Positions 1 to 11,604 of a stretch of 62,343 nt of DNA are shown one piece after another. The notes beneath the pieces were generated by a model. That model was given only the letters and a program-made list of their open reading frames with translations, was not told the origin of the DNA and did not search any database. The position numbers and the translations under genes were made by a program. Numbering within the stretch: the first letter of the stretch is position 1; each line of letters begins with the position of its first letter. This DNA is from Nemertoderma westbladi. Its lineage: Eukaryota > Animalia > Xenacoelomorpha. The DNA is taken from NCBI GenBank assembly GCA_032718475.1, contig JAUCBJ010007599.1:1-62343 (forward strand), in the 5' to 3' direction.

Positions 1-319
1 GCGACAAAGCCCAGACCCAGACAAGCTAATCATTCGTCAAAGCGCATATACTAATATCGTCAATACTCCAACGGAGAATTACGTTGATTGCTGCACCAGT
101 GCTGTTGGAGACTGGATCCAGTGCGACCAGTCCAAAATATCTACCCAACTAGCTACCCAAACCATTAGTAATAATGTTGCCTAGCAACCAGAGTTCTACG
201 TAATTCTTGTCTTTTACGGAAACTACAGTAGGAGTGATTCCATATTGTTTGTAACTCTGTTGAGCCCTAACTATTACCATTGGGCATATTGGGAAAATTA
301 TATGTTTTGGAACCAGATT
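1..319. repeat. Direct duplicate of 2294-2612 (tandem duplication of a LINE segment, period 2293 bp)
   Basis: 1-319 matches 2294-2612 base for base by eye; the two copies diverge after ...GGAACCAGATT. Confidence 0.95.
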
Positions 320-2612
320 GTAATGACACTTAAGAGAGTTGTAAGGTATTGCTTCACAATATGTGTAGGGAGTGGATCACGGGGACTGGATTTGGGTTTT
401 GAATCTTTGATAAGCTTGGCAACATCATCAGTTGATATTTCCTCGAAGTGATCAAGTTTTGGTACTGAAAAAGAGAATTGAGAGTCAGTTGGGCTACAAT
501 ACTCTTCATCAGGGGCTACCTTGGCCCCAACCTCAGATTCAGCACTTCCGCAGTTCATAGTCGGATTTGGCAGATTTTGTCGAAGTTCGATATCAACACC
601 CAGCATTTCATCGCGAATATTTTCAATCTTTTTGTCTAAGTAGACTGCTAACCTTTCAGCTAACTCATATGCAGAGTCATGAGTCGGTAGGACATTACTT
701 TTACGGTGAAGAATTTTGTCAACCACTGAGAAGAGCTTTCTATTATCACCAATGTTTGAATCAATAATACCCCTGTAGAATTTCTCTTTTGTTGATATTA
801 ATAGCTGTGCCACGACATTACATTGTTGCCTGTAAGCATCACAGTATATCTGAAGTTGAGTCTTTCTATACCGGCGCTCGAGTCTCCTTCGCTTCCTTTT
901 AGCCTCCATTATTGAATTATTGTACCACTTTGCCATGGGCTGAGATTTCGTGCACTATTCAACAAGTGGTGCGTGAAGTTCGTAGAGGGACGATAGAATG
1001 TCAAGGCAGTAGCCTTGATAACTCATTGACATTCGTTGCAGGACATCGGCATAATAGTGATGATTCAATATCAGTGCGAAGGTCACACCAGTTAGTCGAT
1101 TTCGTATCTCTGTAGGATGTCACACAGGGTACTAGTGGAGGCTTTGACAAGTTCAAATTAAAGCTGACTGCGAAGTGATCAGAAAGCCCAATGTCATGTA
1201 CACAAATATTATCAACGAGTTGCAAGTCCTCAGAGTAGGTTAAGATCAGATCAAGGGTGTGTCCGTGTCGATGTGTTGGTTCCTCTACATGCTGTGTGAG
1301 TCCGAAGCAGCTAACAATCTCGAGAAATTTGCAGGCTTCCGCATTGCAATTGTTGTCAACATGGAAGTTGAAATCGCCAATTATAATTAGCCTACCGGAG
1401 GAAGTTATCAGATTCTGAAGCAAATCGGCAAATTGGTCTAGAAATTGCGTATATGTGAAACCGTTAGCTGGGCTTGGGCAGGTCCGGTATATAATGAATA
1501 TCCTAATTAAGGACCCCGAGTGGCGTAGGGTCAGCTCCATGTACTCAAAGGTTGGATATGTTGAACCATCAGAAGGACTGACCTTCATGCTCAGGGAGTC
1601 GCGATAGATACAGGCCACGCCACCGCCTCTTGTTCTGGTTCTTGGAATGTGTTTTATAGAGCTACCCCTAGGACAGATATCATTTATGACCACATGATCC
1701 TGGATTGTACCTGTCAACCAAGTCTCAGTGATGGCAGTTATATCAATGGTATTCTCCAGAATGTAGTCTTTAATAAATTCTGCTTTGTTGTTCACAGACT
1801 GTGCATTATACAGTAATATACTGATTTTACTGGTAACCGCAGAAGGGGGGAGGCCCGGGAGGGTCATTGACCCCTGATCATTTTCATTAACACCAACAGC
1901 GGTAAAACACGACACATTATCATTAACCGTAGTTAATCTTGGGGACATTGACCTAATGGTTAAACACGACATGTTATCATTAAACATAGTTTTCCTTGGT
2001 GGCGTAGACCTCTGATTATTTCCGTTAACATTAACAGCGGTAGAACACAACACATTATCCTGAAGCACAGTTGTCTTTGGGGACATTGGCCTCTTTAAAG
2101 TTAAACAGGACTCAATATCTTTGTCATTAGCAAACTGTGAACTGGGTATATTTTCCTTTACGGGAATAATTGAAGTAGCTCCGGATTTCTTAACGGATTT
2201 AACATTAACCAATAAATTGGAGTCCCTGTCCTTATCATTAACTATGGAAACATCCAGTCAATCTCCACGTTCCGAATTGTGTCGATGTTCACTGCGACAA
2301 AGCCCAGACCCAGACAAGCTAATCATTCGTCAAAGCGCATATACTAATATCGTCAATACTCCAACGGAGAATTACGTTGATTGCTGCACCAGTGCTGTTG
2401 GAGACTGGATCCAGTGCGACCAGTCCAAAATATCTACCCAACTAGCTACCCAAACCATTAGTAATAATGTTGCCTAGCAACCAGAGTTCTACGTAATTCT
2501 TGTCTTTTACGGAAACTACAGTAGGAGTGATTCCATATTGTTTGTAACTCTGTTGAGCCCTAACTATTACCATTGGGCATATTGGGAAAATTATATGTTT
2601 TGGAACCAGATT
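320..2612 (-). mobile_element. CR1/L2-group LINE fragment (APE endonuclease plus linker, truncated at the start of RT)
   Basis: ORFs 1001-2212 and 298-936 form one frameshifted ORF2; APE motifs and the KPKSSPRDPLP pre-RT motif. Confidence 0.85.
1001..2212 (-). pseudogene. LINE apurinic-like endonuclease (APE) domain
   Basis: YNAQSV, AITETWL, GGGVA, IIGDFNFH, PTH..GHTLDLI, SDHF motifs. Confidence 0.9.
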
Positions 2613-3759
2613 CTGTATTTTCTAAGATATGATGGTGCGCTTCAAGTTCTGCTTTAGATTTGCGCAATGCCATGGCATCTCTGACAGACACGGAAGTAGA
2701 GGATTGTTGAGAGTCGAGAATCGGGCCTGCGGTTATTGGATTCGTTGACCGTTGCATGTATTCAAGAATCGCACCTCCGCATTGGTTACAAGTTGGGTCT
2801 TTGACTACATAAAACAGTAGACAATAAACATAAATGTAATATTAAATAATTTAATTTCATGATCCTACTTATTAACACATTGTGTCCCATGGTGAACACA
2901 AATGTGCCATTATTATCACGGCCATGGCACTGTTGTATGTGTATGAAAGACATGTCTTGATTATGTCGATTCTATTAGACATATTTTATTTAATTTTGTC
3001 AGACATATCAACAGTACGACGGTATGTAATCGGATCTAACTCAGCAGTAAGAGTGAGGGGGGAAATGGTAGTTGGAAATATCCCAACTCGACATTTGAAT
3101 GCATTTAATCTCAAATCTTTTCCGTCAGCATCCAATGGTAAATTTGGAAGTACTAAGTCACATTCTATTACCCATACTTTGTTATTTGATAAGTTTCCGT
3201 GAAAACATGGGCACTTATGATATAGCCCATATGTGCCTTTACATACCGCGCCGTTATGAGTGGCTACCATATCAATCTAAAATTTAAACAATGATATTAT
3301 AAAATAGTTATATCATGTATAATATTATACTACAGTAATTTTAATAAACTGACACTAAAACAAATCCGCCTCCGCTTTACAGGTTTTTCTTTTTTTAAAC
3401 CGCTATTTCGAAAATGACAATAAAAATATACTTCCATGGTTCATGAAAAATTTCGTAACAATTTTTTTTTATTAAATAGCAATTATTATTATCATATGAT
3501 AATATTGTTTGAAGGTCCTACACTAACAAAATCGCTCTCATTTGACTAATAAATACGATTTGATAATTATCTTTGTTTACATCTAAAATTTAAATAAAAT
3601 ATTTATTTTAATATTTCTTAAATTTAATTTCAAATATATAAATAAATGCATGGCTTATAATTGGTTGTTATGTAGATATTTATTTAGTTGATACAAATAG
3701 GTATAAAATAACTAAACTACTAAACTAAGCTACCAAGTACAAAAAGCACAATGAGTATC

Positions 3760-3787
<28 letters not shown>

Positions 3788-3790
<3 letters not shown>

Positions 3791-6700
3791 GGGACCGTGG
3801 ACCATCTCGTAGAGTCCCTCGTTATTGTTGAGTGAGGGGTCCACAGTCCCTATGATGGAGGCCGCATTGCCAACTAGGATGGCGATTGCCAGCCTCTGCA
3901 GGAGGAAACGGTGAGATCGGGGCTCCTGGGTGACAGAGTGGAGTCTGGCCCCGATCTCCTTCAGGAACTCGGATGTTTCAGGGCCGGGGCGGCCCAATGT
4001 TTCGTAGGCTACCGGGTGGAAGAGGTAGCCCCGGTCCATGAGTTCCTGATATTTGCGGATCTTTAGAGATTCCGCTTCCTCCGCAGTACGGCCTCCCGCG
4101 GATAGAGTCTGGGCGAGGTGGCTGGGTGCCAGAGGGTCCGCCACCGTCGCGTCCCACGTGAGGAACCGTCCGCGGCTCCACGGGACCAGGGTGACGCCAT
4201 CTACTCGCTTCCCATCCCCTCTACACAAGCCTAGAGGCTCGAGCGTAGCGGGGACGCCACAGCTGATGAGCGCCCGGCGAACAATGTCGTTAACCATTGA
4301 GTGGCGCGGAAGTCTGCCGAGGCTCCTGGAGCAGGATAGCCCATGAAGGCCATCCGACAGAACATCCTTGCCACACCGGGCACAGCTGTGGGGCTCGGTT
4401 AGCCTGCTCCCAAGGCGAGTGCCGACCGAGATCCGGAACTGCGAGTCCGTCAGCTTCAGTCCCAGAGAGCTGACGGGGATGGCGTCAAGCCAGCAGCCTG
4501 CGGCGGGGTGGTCCAGGGAGTTCAACCTCGCCACCCCGGATGGTGGGAGGGACTCCCGCAGGGCTGTTAGCCTGGCCTCGTGGACAGGGGCCAGGTAGGC
4601 CCACTGCTTGGTGGCCGCGGACGGAAAAGCAGCGGGGGTGGTTGGTGTTGCGGACGGTGGCGGTGGTGTCGTGGGTGGTAGCGTCGTGGGTGGATGCGGT
4701 GATGTCGCGGGTGGTAGCGGTGGCGTAGTGGGTGGTGGCGTCGTCGTGGGTGGAGGCGGTGGTGTCAGGGCTGGTGGCGGTGGCGTCGTGGGTTGTGGCG
4801 TCGTGGGTGGTGGAGGCGGTGGTGTCGCGGATGGTGGCGGTGGCGTCGCGTGTGGTGGCGGTGGCGGTGGCGTAAAGGATGGTGGCGCTAGAGGCGGGGG
4901 AACGGGGGTCACGACAGGGTCGAGAGTCGTTGACCACGCAGCGAGGGCACGGTTGTGGGATGGGGAGGGGGCGTCCACCGGAGACTCAAAGAGGGAGTAG
5001 GAGAGTCCAGAGCAGGCAGCCGCGGAAGCCAGAAAGGCGGAAGGTGCGAGCTGCACAGCCGAGGTCAGTCCTAGACCCCCGCAACGCGCAGGCAAACAGG
5101 ATTGTGCCCACGCGGAGTCGTCCAGGTGGACGTTGGAGATCTCCTGCAGGGTGCTCCGCTGGATGGAATCGTACTCCTCCAGCAGCCCCGGGAAGTCGAA
5201 ACACGGAGCCGTTCGGAGGAAGTACGTCAATCGCGGAATGGTGAAGGAGCACCGCAGGAGGAAGAAGGCGTGATGGGAGTCGAGGAGAGGGAGTCGGGAG
5301 ACGAGAGTCCGGAGGTCCGCGAGTTTGTTGTCGAGACAGGAGACGATGGCATTGTCTCCTATGGGTGCGCCCAGGATCTTCAGGTCTTCTAGTGGGCGCA
5401 CCTGAATCCCCTCGCAGACCTCGTCGAACCTGCGTTGGATGGATAGACGGGACTCCGGAGATTCCTCCCCAAGGAAGAAGAGTTCCGACTTGGAGGGGTT
5501 GATCCGGAGTCCGCAACGACCTCCCTCGAGGATGACGGATCGGAGGTCGTCTAACACCACCCGGTAGTGGTCAGCGAGATTCCCGTCGTCTAGGTACCAG
5601 ATGTTAAACCTCGACTGCAGCGACTGGATGAATGGGTTCACCGTGTCGCCGAAAAGCCGGGGTCCGTCCGCATCGCCTTGCTGAACTCCTTCCTCAGAGA
5701 GGAGTGTATCCTCCCCATGGAGGAGGAAGCTAGGCGCTCCGTACGCCGCCAGCGTGGAGTTGTACACGCTGGGGTAACACTGGTACACAGTTTCGAGCAT
5801 GGAATCCCGCCGGATGGAGTTAAATGCGTTGCTGAAGTCGATCTTCAGCAACACACTACCGGGTGGGTTCGGGGAGGAGGAGAGTGCCCTCGCTGCGTGG
5901 GCCGCCGCTTCGGCGCCGAGTTTGGTGCCGATCCCGAGCTGGACAGTGCCATAGGAAGAGGTACGGGGTCCCTGGGCTAGGAAGCCGGAGTATTTCCCCA
6001 CCAATCGCCGCAGAGTGTTGCCAACGGCGATCGGGCGCACCCCACCCTCCGTCTTCGTGAACGCGAAGAGATTCGCGCCGTAGAAGGTGGGGCGGATGGC
6101 GAGGGGAACTTCTCCGGAGGTGGTGGTGTCTAGGAATCCCGCGAGTCGTTGTAGAAGACGGGCCGCGGCCTCTCCGTTGGTGGGGGAGATCAGGTCTTTG
6201 AGTATTTGGGGCCGCAACCCATCTGGTCCTCCGGCACTGCCGCTCGGGAACGACAGGATAAGTCTGCGGGCGGTAGTAGAGGAACAAGGCGAGGCCGTAG
6301 TGTTGAGGTCCACTGGAGGTGGGTTGGGACGGCGGTTGTCGGGCCGTGCGGGGTGTTTCTTCCGCAACGCCTCCAGTGTCTCCGGCGTGTTGGGCGCAAG
6401 TGAGTCTGCTGAGGATGCCAACCGGATGGCGCCCTTCACGTCAGAGTCCTCGATCTTTTCGGCTACGGCCGTCGCGAGTCGCTCTGCACCACCACGCTTC
6501 TTCGTGGCAGTTGGGGGGGCGGGGGAGTTAGAGTCCGCGAAGGGGTCGGCACGGAAGGCGGCCACTCGCGCGTTGATTGTGGCAGCGAGTGACCGAGTGT
6601 GGCGCCGACCCCCTCGTTTGGGCGTAGCGAGGCAGTGGTGGCTGACGGTCAGTAGTTTAAGCCACCCCTGGGGCTCGTTGGGCCGCGTGGCTACCTCCCC

Positions 6701-7081
6701 GAGGATGTCAGCGAGGAGGTCTGCAAAGTTGGAACGCGCGGCCCTGGGGACGTGGCGCAGCTGCCGTTGTTTGCTGTTCCGCAGCCGCGCCAAGACATCC
6801 CACTCCCCAAGGGTGGCCCAGTCGAAAGTGGGGGGGCACGGTGGTAGAGGAATAGGAGTGGAAGTAGTGGGTGGAGGTGTAGATGTAGGAGGAGGAGGAC
6901 GGAGAGATGAAGGGAATACAGTTCCGGTGGGGGTACGCGAGCCTGGACACCTACAGGCGAGCGGTCCGTGGACACGGAGTCGCCCGTCGGAGTTTACCGC
7001 GATTTCCCGGCGGCACTGTGGGCAGGAGGAGTGCCCAACAATGCTCCGGTTCATCGCGGAGGCGTCCAGGCTGCCGGCCAT
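3788..7081 (-). CDS. CRE-like polyprotein: N-terminal Zn finger, reverse transcriptase, CCHC, restriction-like endonuclease
   Basis: CPQC..H..C; RPIAVG, IDFSNAFN, GVQQGD, WYLDDG; CARC..HGLSC, RH, KRVDG..WD, K.RKY, ETLG. Start placed at MAGS (7081), the first ATG inside the element. Confidence 0.88.
4630..4910 (-). repeat. In-frame low-complexity repeat encoding a Pro/Thr-rich linker inside the CRE ORF
   Basis: GGT/GGC/CGT-rich repeats translating to PPPPPTTPPP... Confidence 0.85.
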
Positions 7082-7765
7082 CGCGCCCTCTGCCCTCTCA
7101 CGGGCAGAGGTTGTTGATATAGGTTGTCTGTAGGTATATTGAAATGTACAACAATTAACTGAACTTACACCTCGCAATACTAAGTGTTCGACATCGACAC
7201 TGAAAGGTGTCATCTCTTCCACCAATGGTTCAATATTTACTTGAGGTAGATGTTCCAGTGTTAGAAGAATCCGAACAGGCTGCATAACGACGACTATTAT
7301 TGGTAAGTTGTGAGACATATCGTCTCTCTATATGCAGGCTCATATAGACGGATCAAAGTTCCTACGCCCACAATAGGTTGAAAGAAGTTTCTACTCTGGT
7401 CATTTCCATGATTAATCACGATGAACATCATGGAGGATATCAAATCTCTGAAAAAAATTTATTTAAAATAAAATATATATTTTTCAAAAGTATATGACCA
7501 TATAAGAAATTCCACAAATAATAGACATGATATGATAAATAAAAAAATATAAATTACAAAAATAACTTAGAAACACACGTATGCAAATTTAAAAATTTTC
7601 AAATTTTCAAATTTTTTTTTTTTTTTTTTAATATGCGCCCCACTCGGGGCAAAGGGAAACGAATAATTAATTAATTATAAACATTCAATAAAATCAGAAC
7701 ACAATAAAAGAGGAGGTTTAAAATATATATATTGGCTTAATATAAGTTATGTGGGGTGGGGTGGG

Positions 7766-8397
7766 TGTGACGGGATCAGAGGATCCCGACTGGTGAATTT
7801 GTTACGCGTCGCCGTGCCGTCAGGGAAAAGATAATAGTTCGTTGTTGTTGCCTTTGATGTCGATATAAACAATAATATCTTTAACTAAACATAATAGCAC
7901 AGTTGTTCAAGATGAGATAACAAATAATATGATATAAGTGAGATAATGAGATAACTGAATAGGATACCGGTAACGGTGGTGACAGCGGTGACGGTACAAG
8001 AATGTCACTGGTCCCCACTGTGTGACTGAGATAACTGAAAGGGGCACAAACATTAACCGGTAATATATATTCACCTCTACTCTACTTGTGGCCTTGCTAC
8101 TTAGCGGATGCATTTCCCTGGCTCTGATTGGCCAATAACCTAATTCTCGGCTCCCACCTCTGTGGGAGTGTTTCCCCCCCCCCCCCCCCCCCTGCTGCTG
8201 TCACTTTCCTATAACCACTGCCGTCACTTTCCTATTGACCTATAACCTCTTTTGTGTGGCTCTTTAGGGCCGTGTGTTGTCCCCATTATTGGGGGTGATA
8301 TGAGGTTGATTGTGATCAACCTCGTACTCCCCAATATTGCTTAAAACGCCACTTCCCAACTTAATGGGGTTGGTGAGCGGAATTGAATCCGCTCACA
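7766..8397 (-). repeat. 3' LTR of family A copy 1 (alternative longer boundary at 9045)
   Basis: PPT CATGGGGGGGAG then TGTGA...TCACA termini; CCAAT and ATATATATTACCGGT boxes shared with 32562-33127; a second PPT-like AGAGGGGGAGA-TGT lies at 9045-9056. Confidence 0.75.
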
Positions 8398-8630
8398 CTC
8401 CCCCCCATGCTATCTTCTCGGTGAGAAGATAGCATCACCAATGAGTGCGCTTCAATTCCGCTGGAACCCGATCTATTATCGGGTGTGGGATGGAGTCCTC
8501 TTTCTCGGAGTCGGCTTTCCGGGCCGCTCCCCCTGGGTATGATATTGCTACCCTTTCTTGGTGCAACTTCACCTATGTTGCACCAAGACATCTGGCGTCT
8601 CGGTACGAGACAATTGTGGATTTCTCTCAC
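8370..8630 (-). ncRNA. Conserved multi-hairpin cis-RNA element at the family A 3' UTR/LTR junction
   Basis: Several stems conserved with 32330-32590, with compensatory and GU-compatible changes. Confidence 0.6.
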
Positions 8631-9127
8631 ACAATTTTATCCCCTCTCCACTCTAACTGACTCTAACTCTCGGACCTCTTCGTCCCTCATTCTGCCTCTT
8701 ACTCCTCCCCCCCCCCCACACTTGAATTGCACTCGCATTCTCTCCACGCCTTCTATACTCAACCCTTGTCTACTTTTAACTCATTCACTCCTGACGAGCC
8801 TTATCCTCCCCTTCTGTGCCGTCGCACTTAAGAAGTGTCAAGTCGTCTAGTGTCTCGTCCTGTCATAGTCAATTGGTCCCCAGTCCCAGTAGCTAATTGG
8901 AAAAGGTTACATGACTATAGTACTTACTTTGGTTATATTGGTTATATGATTATATTATATTCTAATGATTATTACATACATACATACTAATTGCACTTAG
9001 GAGTTCGTATTACTTCACATGTGGTGCCTTCCAGGCATCCCCACATCTCCCCCTCTAAGTTCTAGTTCGCTCCTCCTGACTTTGGGAACCATCTCAGTTC
9101 CTTCCCTCTGTTGTCCTCCTCCCTCGG

Positions 9128-9808
9128 TCACTTCCTGGTCATCGCCTCTCCCTTGTTCTTATCCCCTTTAAGGTTTCTGATCCTTGCCGTCACTTCTCTA
9201 CTGATTCCCATCGTCGACTCCTTGGGTGCTGGTGTTATTAGCTCCCAGTATCGCTTTGCGGGCGGCCCCTCCGAGTGGCCCTGTTGTTTCCCCCTAGTGG
9301 CATCCCATAGGATCACCTTGATGGCCCGCGGCACATGCTCCGCCAAGAAATCTCTGAACTCTCCCTGGTTCTCTGGCGTCCACCTGTCCAAATACCTCTG
9401 CATATTTATCACTCTGGCATACGACGCCGCCATTGATACTTCCTGATAAGTAAACGGAAGTATCCGTTTGATGATTTCCAGATGGGCCTCCTGGTTAATA
9501 TTAAAGAAGCCCCACCGGAATTCCTGGGCCTTCATCCACTGCCGCGTCATGGCGCCGACATCGGCCCAATCCTCGAAGATCCTAAACTTCTCCTTGTCGT
9601 CCATCCAGTCGCACTGGCGTCCGTAGTGCCCCCGGAAGTTGCACTTAGAGCACCGGTTGTGCAACCATGGACACGCCCCCATCCTATGACTCGACTCGCG
9701 ACAGTAGAGGCAACTCGTCCCCTTCTGGAATCGGTACAAGCAGCTCCTTTCCTGGTGAGTTTGCCTCCCGCAGTAATCGCAGCCGAGTACCAATGCCTCC
9801 CGCCCCAC
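9128..9808 (-). CDS. C-terminal part of family A ORF3: three CCHC zinc knuckles (frameshifted from the exonuclease ORF)
   Basis: CDYCGRQTHQERSC, CLYCRESSHRMGAC, CSKCNFRGHYGRQC; overlaps the 700-aa ORF in another frame. Confidence 0.75.
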   Translation of the reverse strand: MGREALVLGCDYCGRQTHQERSCLYRFQKGTSCLYCRESSHRMGACPWLHNRCSKCNFRGHYGRQCDWMDDKEKFRIFEDWADVGAMTRQWMKAQEFRWGFFNINQEAHLEIIKRILPFTYQEVSMAASYARVINMQRYLDRWTPENQGEFRDFLAEHVPRAIKVILWDATRGKQQGHSEGPPAKRYWELITPAPKESTMGISREVTARIRNLKGDKNKGEAMTRK

Positions 9809-11604
9809 GTCGTCTTTCGTCCCAAGCGATGGATCGGTCTATGGAGTCGCTGGTAAGCAAACTTCTGGACGTTAGCGTCCCTGTCCATGTCTATCTCCTC
9901 GCCTCGCCTGGGCATCGTCTCTCCGAATACTACCCATGGTGCCGTTCCCGGTTGCTCGCCCAACCTGATGGTGCTCCCCGCGAAATCCATCGCCGGCTCT
10001 TCATGCACCCAGGCCCGCTTGCCGGGTCTATCCCAGAAGGCCCTTGCCCCGCTGGCCATCACCACTCTCCCGCCAACCCAGTCCGTGTCCGAGTGGCCGA
10101 TTCTCCTGATGGGTGGCATCTCTCCGAACTCGTCGTCATCATCGTCCTCCTCTGGGAGTGGCTCCAAACCCGGTATCCCGGTGGATACACTGTGTCCCTT
10201 CCCACCTTGGCTCTCGCCCGTGACTCTCCATCCTTCCAGTTCCCCTGTCCTTCTCTCCGCGAAATCGCCCTCGGCGCCCACTGGTATGGGCGTCGTCTGC
10301 AATCCCGATGTCGACTGTTTCGGTGATCCTACCGTCCACGATCCGATCCACCGTCCTGATGTCCAGTGTAGATCGTCCAAGGCTGCCTGTTCCTCAAACC
10401 CGTAGCCCTCTCCTCTAGCTTCCGCCTCCCTTTCTTCTGCCTCCCTCCTTTCTCGTCTAGCGATTTCTTCCAATCGCTTCGCTTCTCGTCTATCCGCCTC
10501 TAGCTGCTCCCACCTCTGATATGGCATATCCACCTCCCTGTCTACTAGATATCGGCAGTTATAATATACCGACTCGCCCTTCAGCCCCGGGTCTACCAGA
10601 TCCTCGAAAGCCACTTTGAAGGCTCTTCTGTAGTTCAGGAGTGATCCCGATAGCAGAAATGCCGTTGGTTGTCTCTCGATAACCACGGTCATGAATAGGT
10701 TTAGCAAACCTATCATTATCCAGTCCTCCTGCAGGATATATCGCTTCTGATATACCTTTATCGCTCCTCTCCGGAATTGATACACCTCTTGCTTCCCCAG
10801 TCTCGCTCCCCACTTCAGCGAGTTCGCCAACTCCGCTCCGTACTCCTCCCTGAATTTACCACAGTCCATTGGCTTGTGGCATACGAGCCCCATTAACTGG
10901 CCCATTGCCACCGCTCCACAATGACCCGCGTTCTCCACTAGTCCCAACCCGGCTGGCGCTGTCATAGCCATGTAGACCGTTTGCATGTCCAGGAGGTTGG
11001 GGGTCTCCGGACCAATGATCCTCTCCGCATCATTGCGGATCGCCGATCCCACCATTATCGTCGACTTCTCTCTTACTAGGCTCTGCACCGCCTTTGGCAA
11101 CCGGTTTAACTTTGGCCCGTTCTTCTTCCCATACATTCCCAGATCGAACAGGAATATATCTCCATTTGGCGCGGCCAAATGCAGGAGTATGGTTCTGGCC
11201 GACCCCGGCGACCCTCTTCTCGAACCTTCCTCATCCTCCACGGTCCCCTCATCGTCTAGGACTATGTATCCTCCCCTGCTGACGGACTCTACGAACCTCT
11301 TCCAGTACTTTCTCGGTGGTTCCTTTGGATACTTCGGTATCCCGAACTTCGCTTCGTCTCCCTTTACCACGTAGTGGAAATGCTCGAAGATCGCGTTGTC
11401 TAGCGATGGTGTCCCGTAGGTCCCGACCAGCCGCTGTTCGTGCAACTCCCTGAAATGGTCCTGCAGCGCTCGCGCTTTGTGACCCTTCTCTAACCGCTCG
11501 TAGTATCCCCTCATCTTCTCTTCCGGATGCCTTTCAGTGAAATCCACCAGTATCTCCTTTCCTCCCAACTCCGCCTTTCTCTTTCTAACAAGTTTCTCCG
11601 CCAT
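9547..11604 (-). CDS. Family A ORF3: DEDDy (WRN/EXD/RNase D-like) 3'-5' exonuclease domain, charged helical region and acidic region
   Basis: ExoI IVLDDEG; LLHLAAPNGDIFLFDL; LPKAVQSLV; ExoII VGSAIRND; LLDMQ; ExoIII-like QKRYILQED. The ATG at 11604 aligns with ATG 62335 of copy 3. Confidence 0.72.
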   Translation of the reverse strand: MAEKLVRKRKAELGGKEILVDFTERHPEEKMRGYYERLEKGHKARALQDHFRELHEQRLVGTYGTPSLDNAIFEHFHYVVKGDEAKFGIPKYPKEPPRKYWKRFVESVSRGGYIVLDDEGTVEDEEGSRRGSPGSARTILLHLAAPNGDIFLFDLGMYGKKNGPKLNRLPKAVQSLVREKSTIMVGSAIRNDAERIIGPETPNLLDMQTVYMAMTAPAGLGLVENAGHCGAVAMGQLMGLVCHKPMDCGKFREEYGAELANSLKWGARLGKQEVYQFRRGAIKVYQKRYILQEDWIMIGLLNLFMTVVIERQPTAFLLSGSLLNYRRAFKVAFEDLVDPGLKGESVYYNCRYLVDREVDMPYQRWEQLEADRREAKRLEEIARRERREAEEREAEARGEGYGFEEQAALDDLHWTSGRWIGSWTVGSPKQSTSGLQTTPIPVGAEGDFAERRTGELEGWRVTGESQGGKGHSVSTGIPGLEPLPEEDDDDDEFGEMPPIRRIGHSDTDWVGGRVVMASGARAFWDRPGKRAWVHEEPAMDFAGSTIRLGEQPGTAPWVVFGETMPRRGEEIDMDRDANVQKFAYQRLHRPIHRLGRKTTWGGRHWYSAAITAGGKLTRKGAACTDSRRGRVASTVASRVIGWGRVHGCTTGALSATSGGTTDASATGWTTRRSLGSSRIGPMSAP

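Larger units (their letters stand above)
3670..7108 (-). mobile_element. CRE-clade (RLE-type) non-LTR retrotransposon, apparently complete
   Basis: GC-rich block in AT-rich DNA; single RT+RLE ORF; candidate 7-bp TSD GGTTGTT at 3663-3669 and 7109-7115. Confidence 0.85.

Noticed and set aside
7030-7080. HDV-like ribozyme start GGCCGGC at the CRE 5' end
   Set aside because: No complementary P1 strand found, and the sequence is coding
6087-7133. 348-aa plus-strand ORF and other overlapping ORFs in 3978-7133
   Set aside because: Antisense or alternate-frame shadows of a GC-rich coding region
7082-7318. ORF-track start at 7318 for the CRE protein
   Set aside because: Mostly lies outside the GC-rich element and the candidate TSD; read-through from the flank
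9128-9808. gag gene (zinc knuckles)
   Set aside because: Lies downstream of integrase next to the 3' LTR with no capsid or protease; better read as the ORF3 C-terminus
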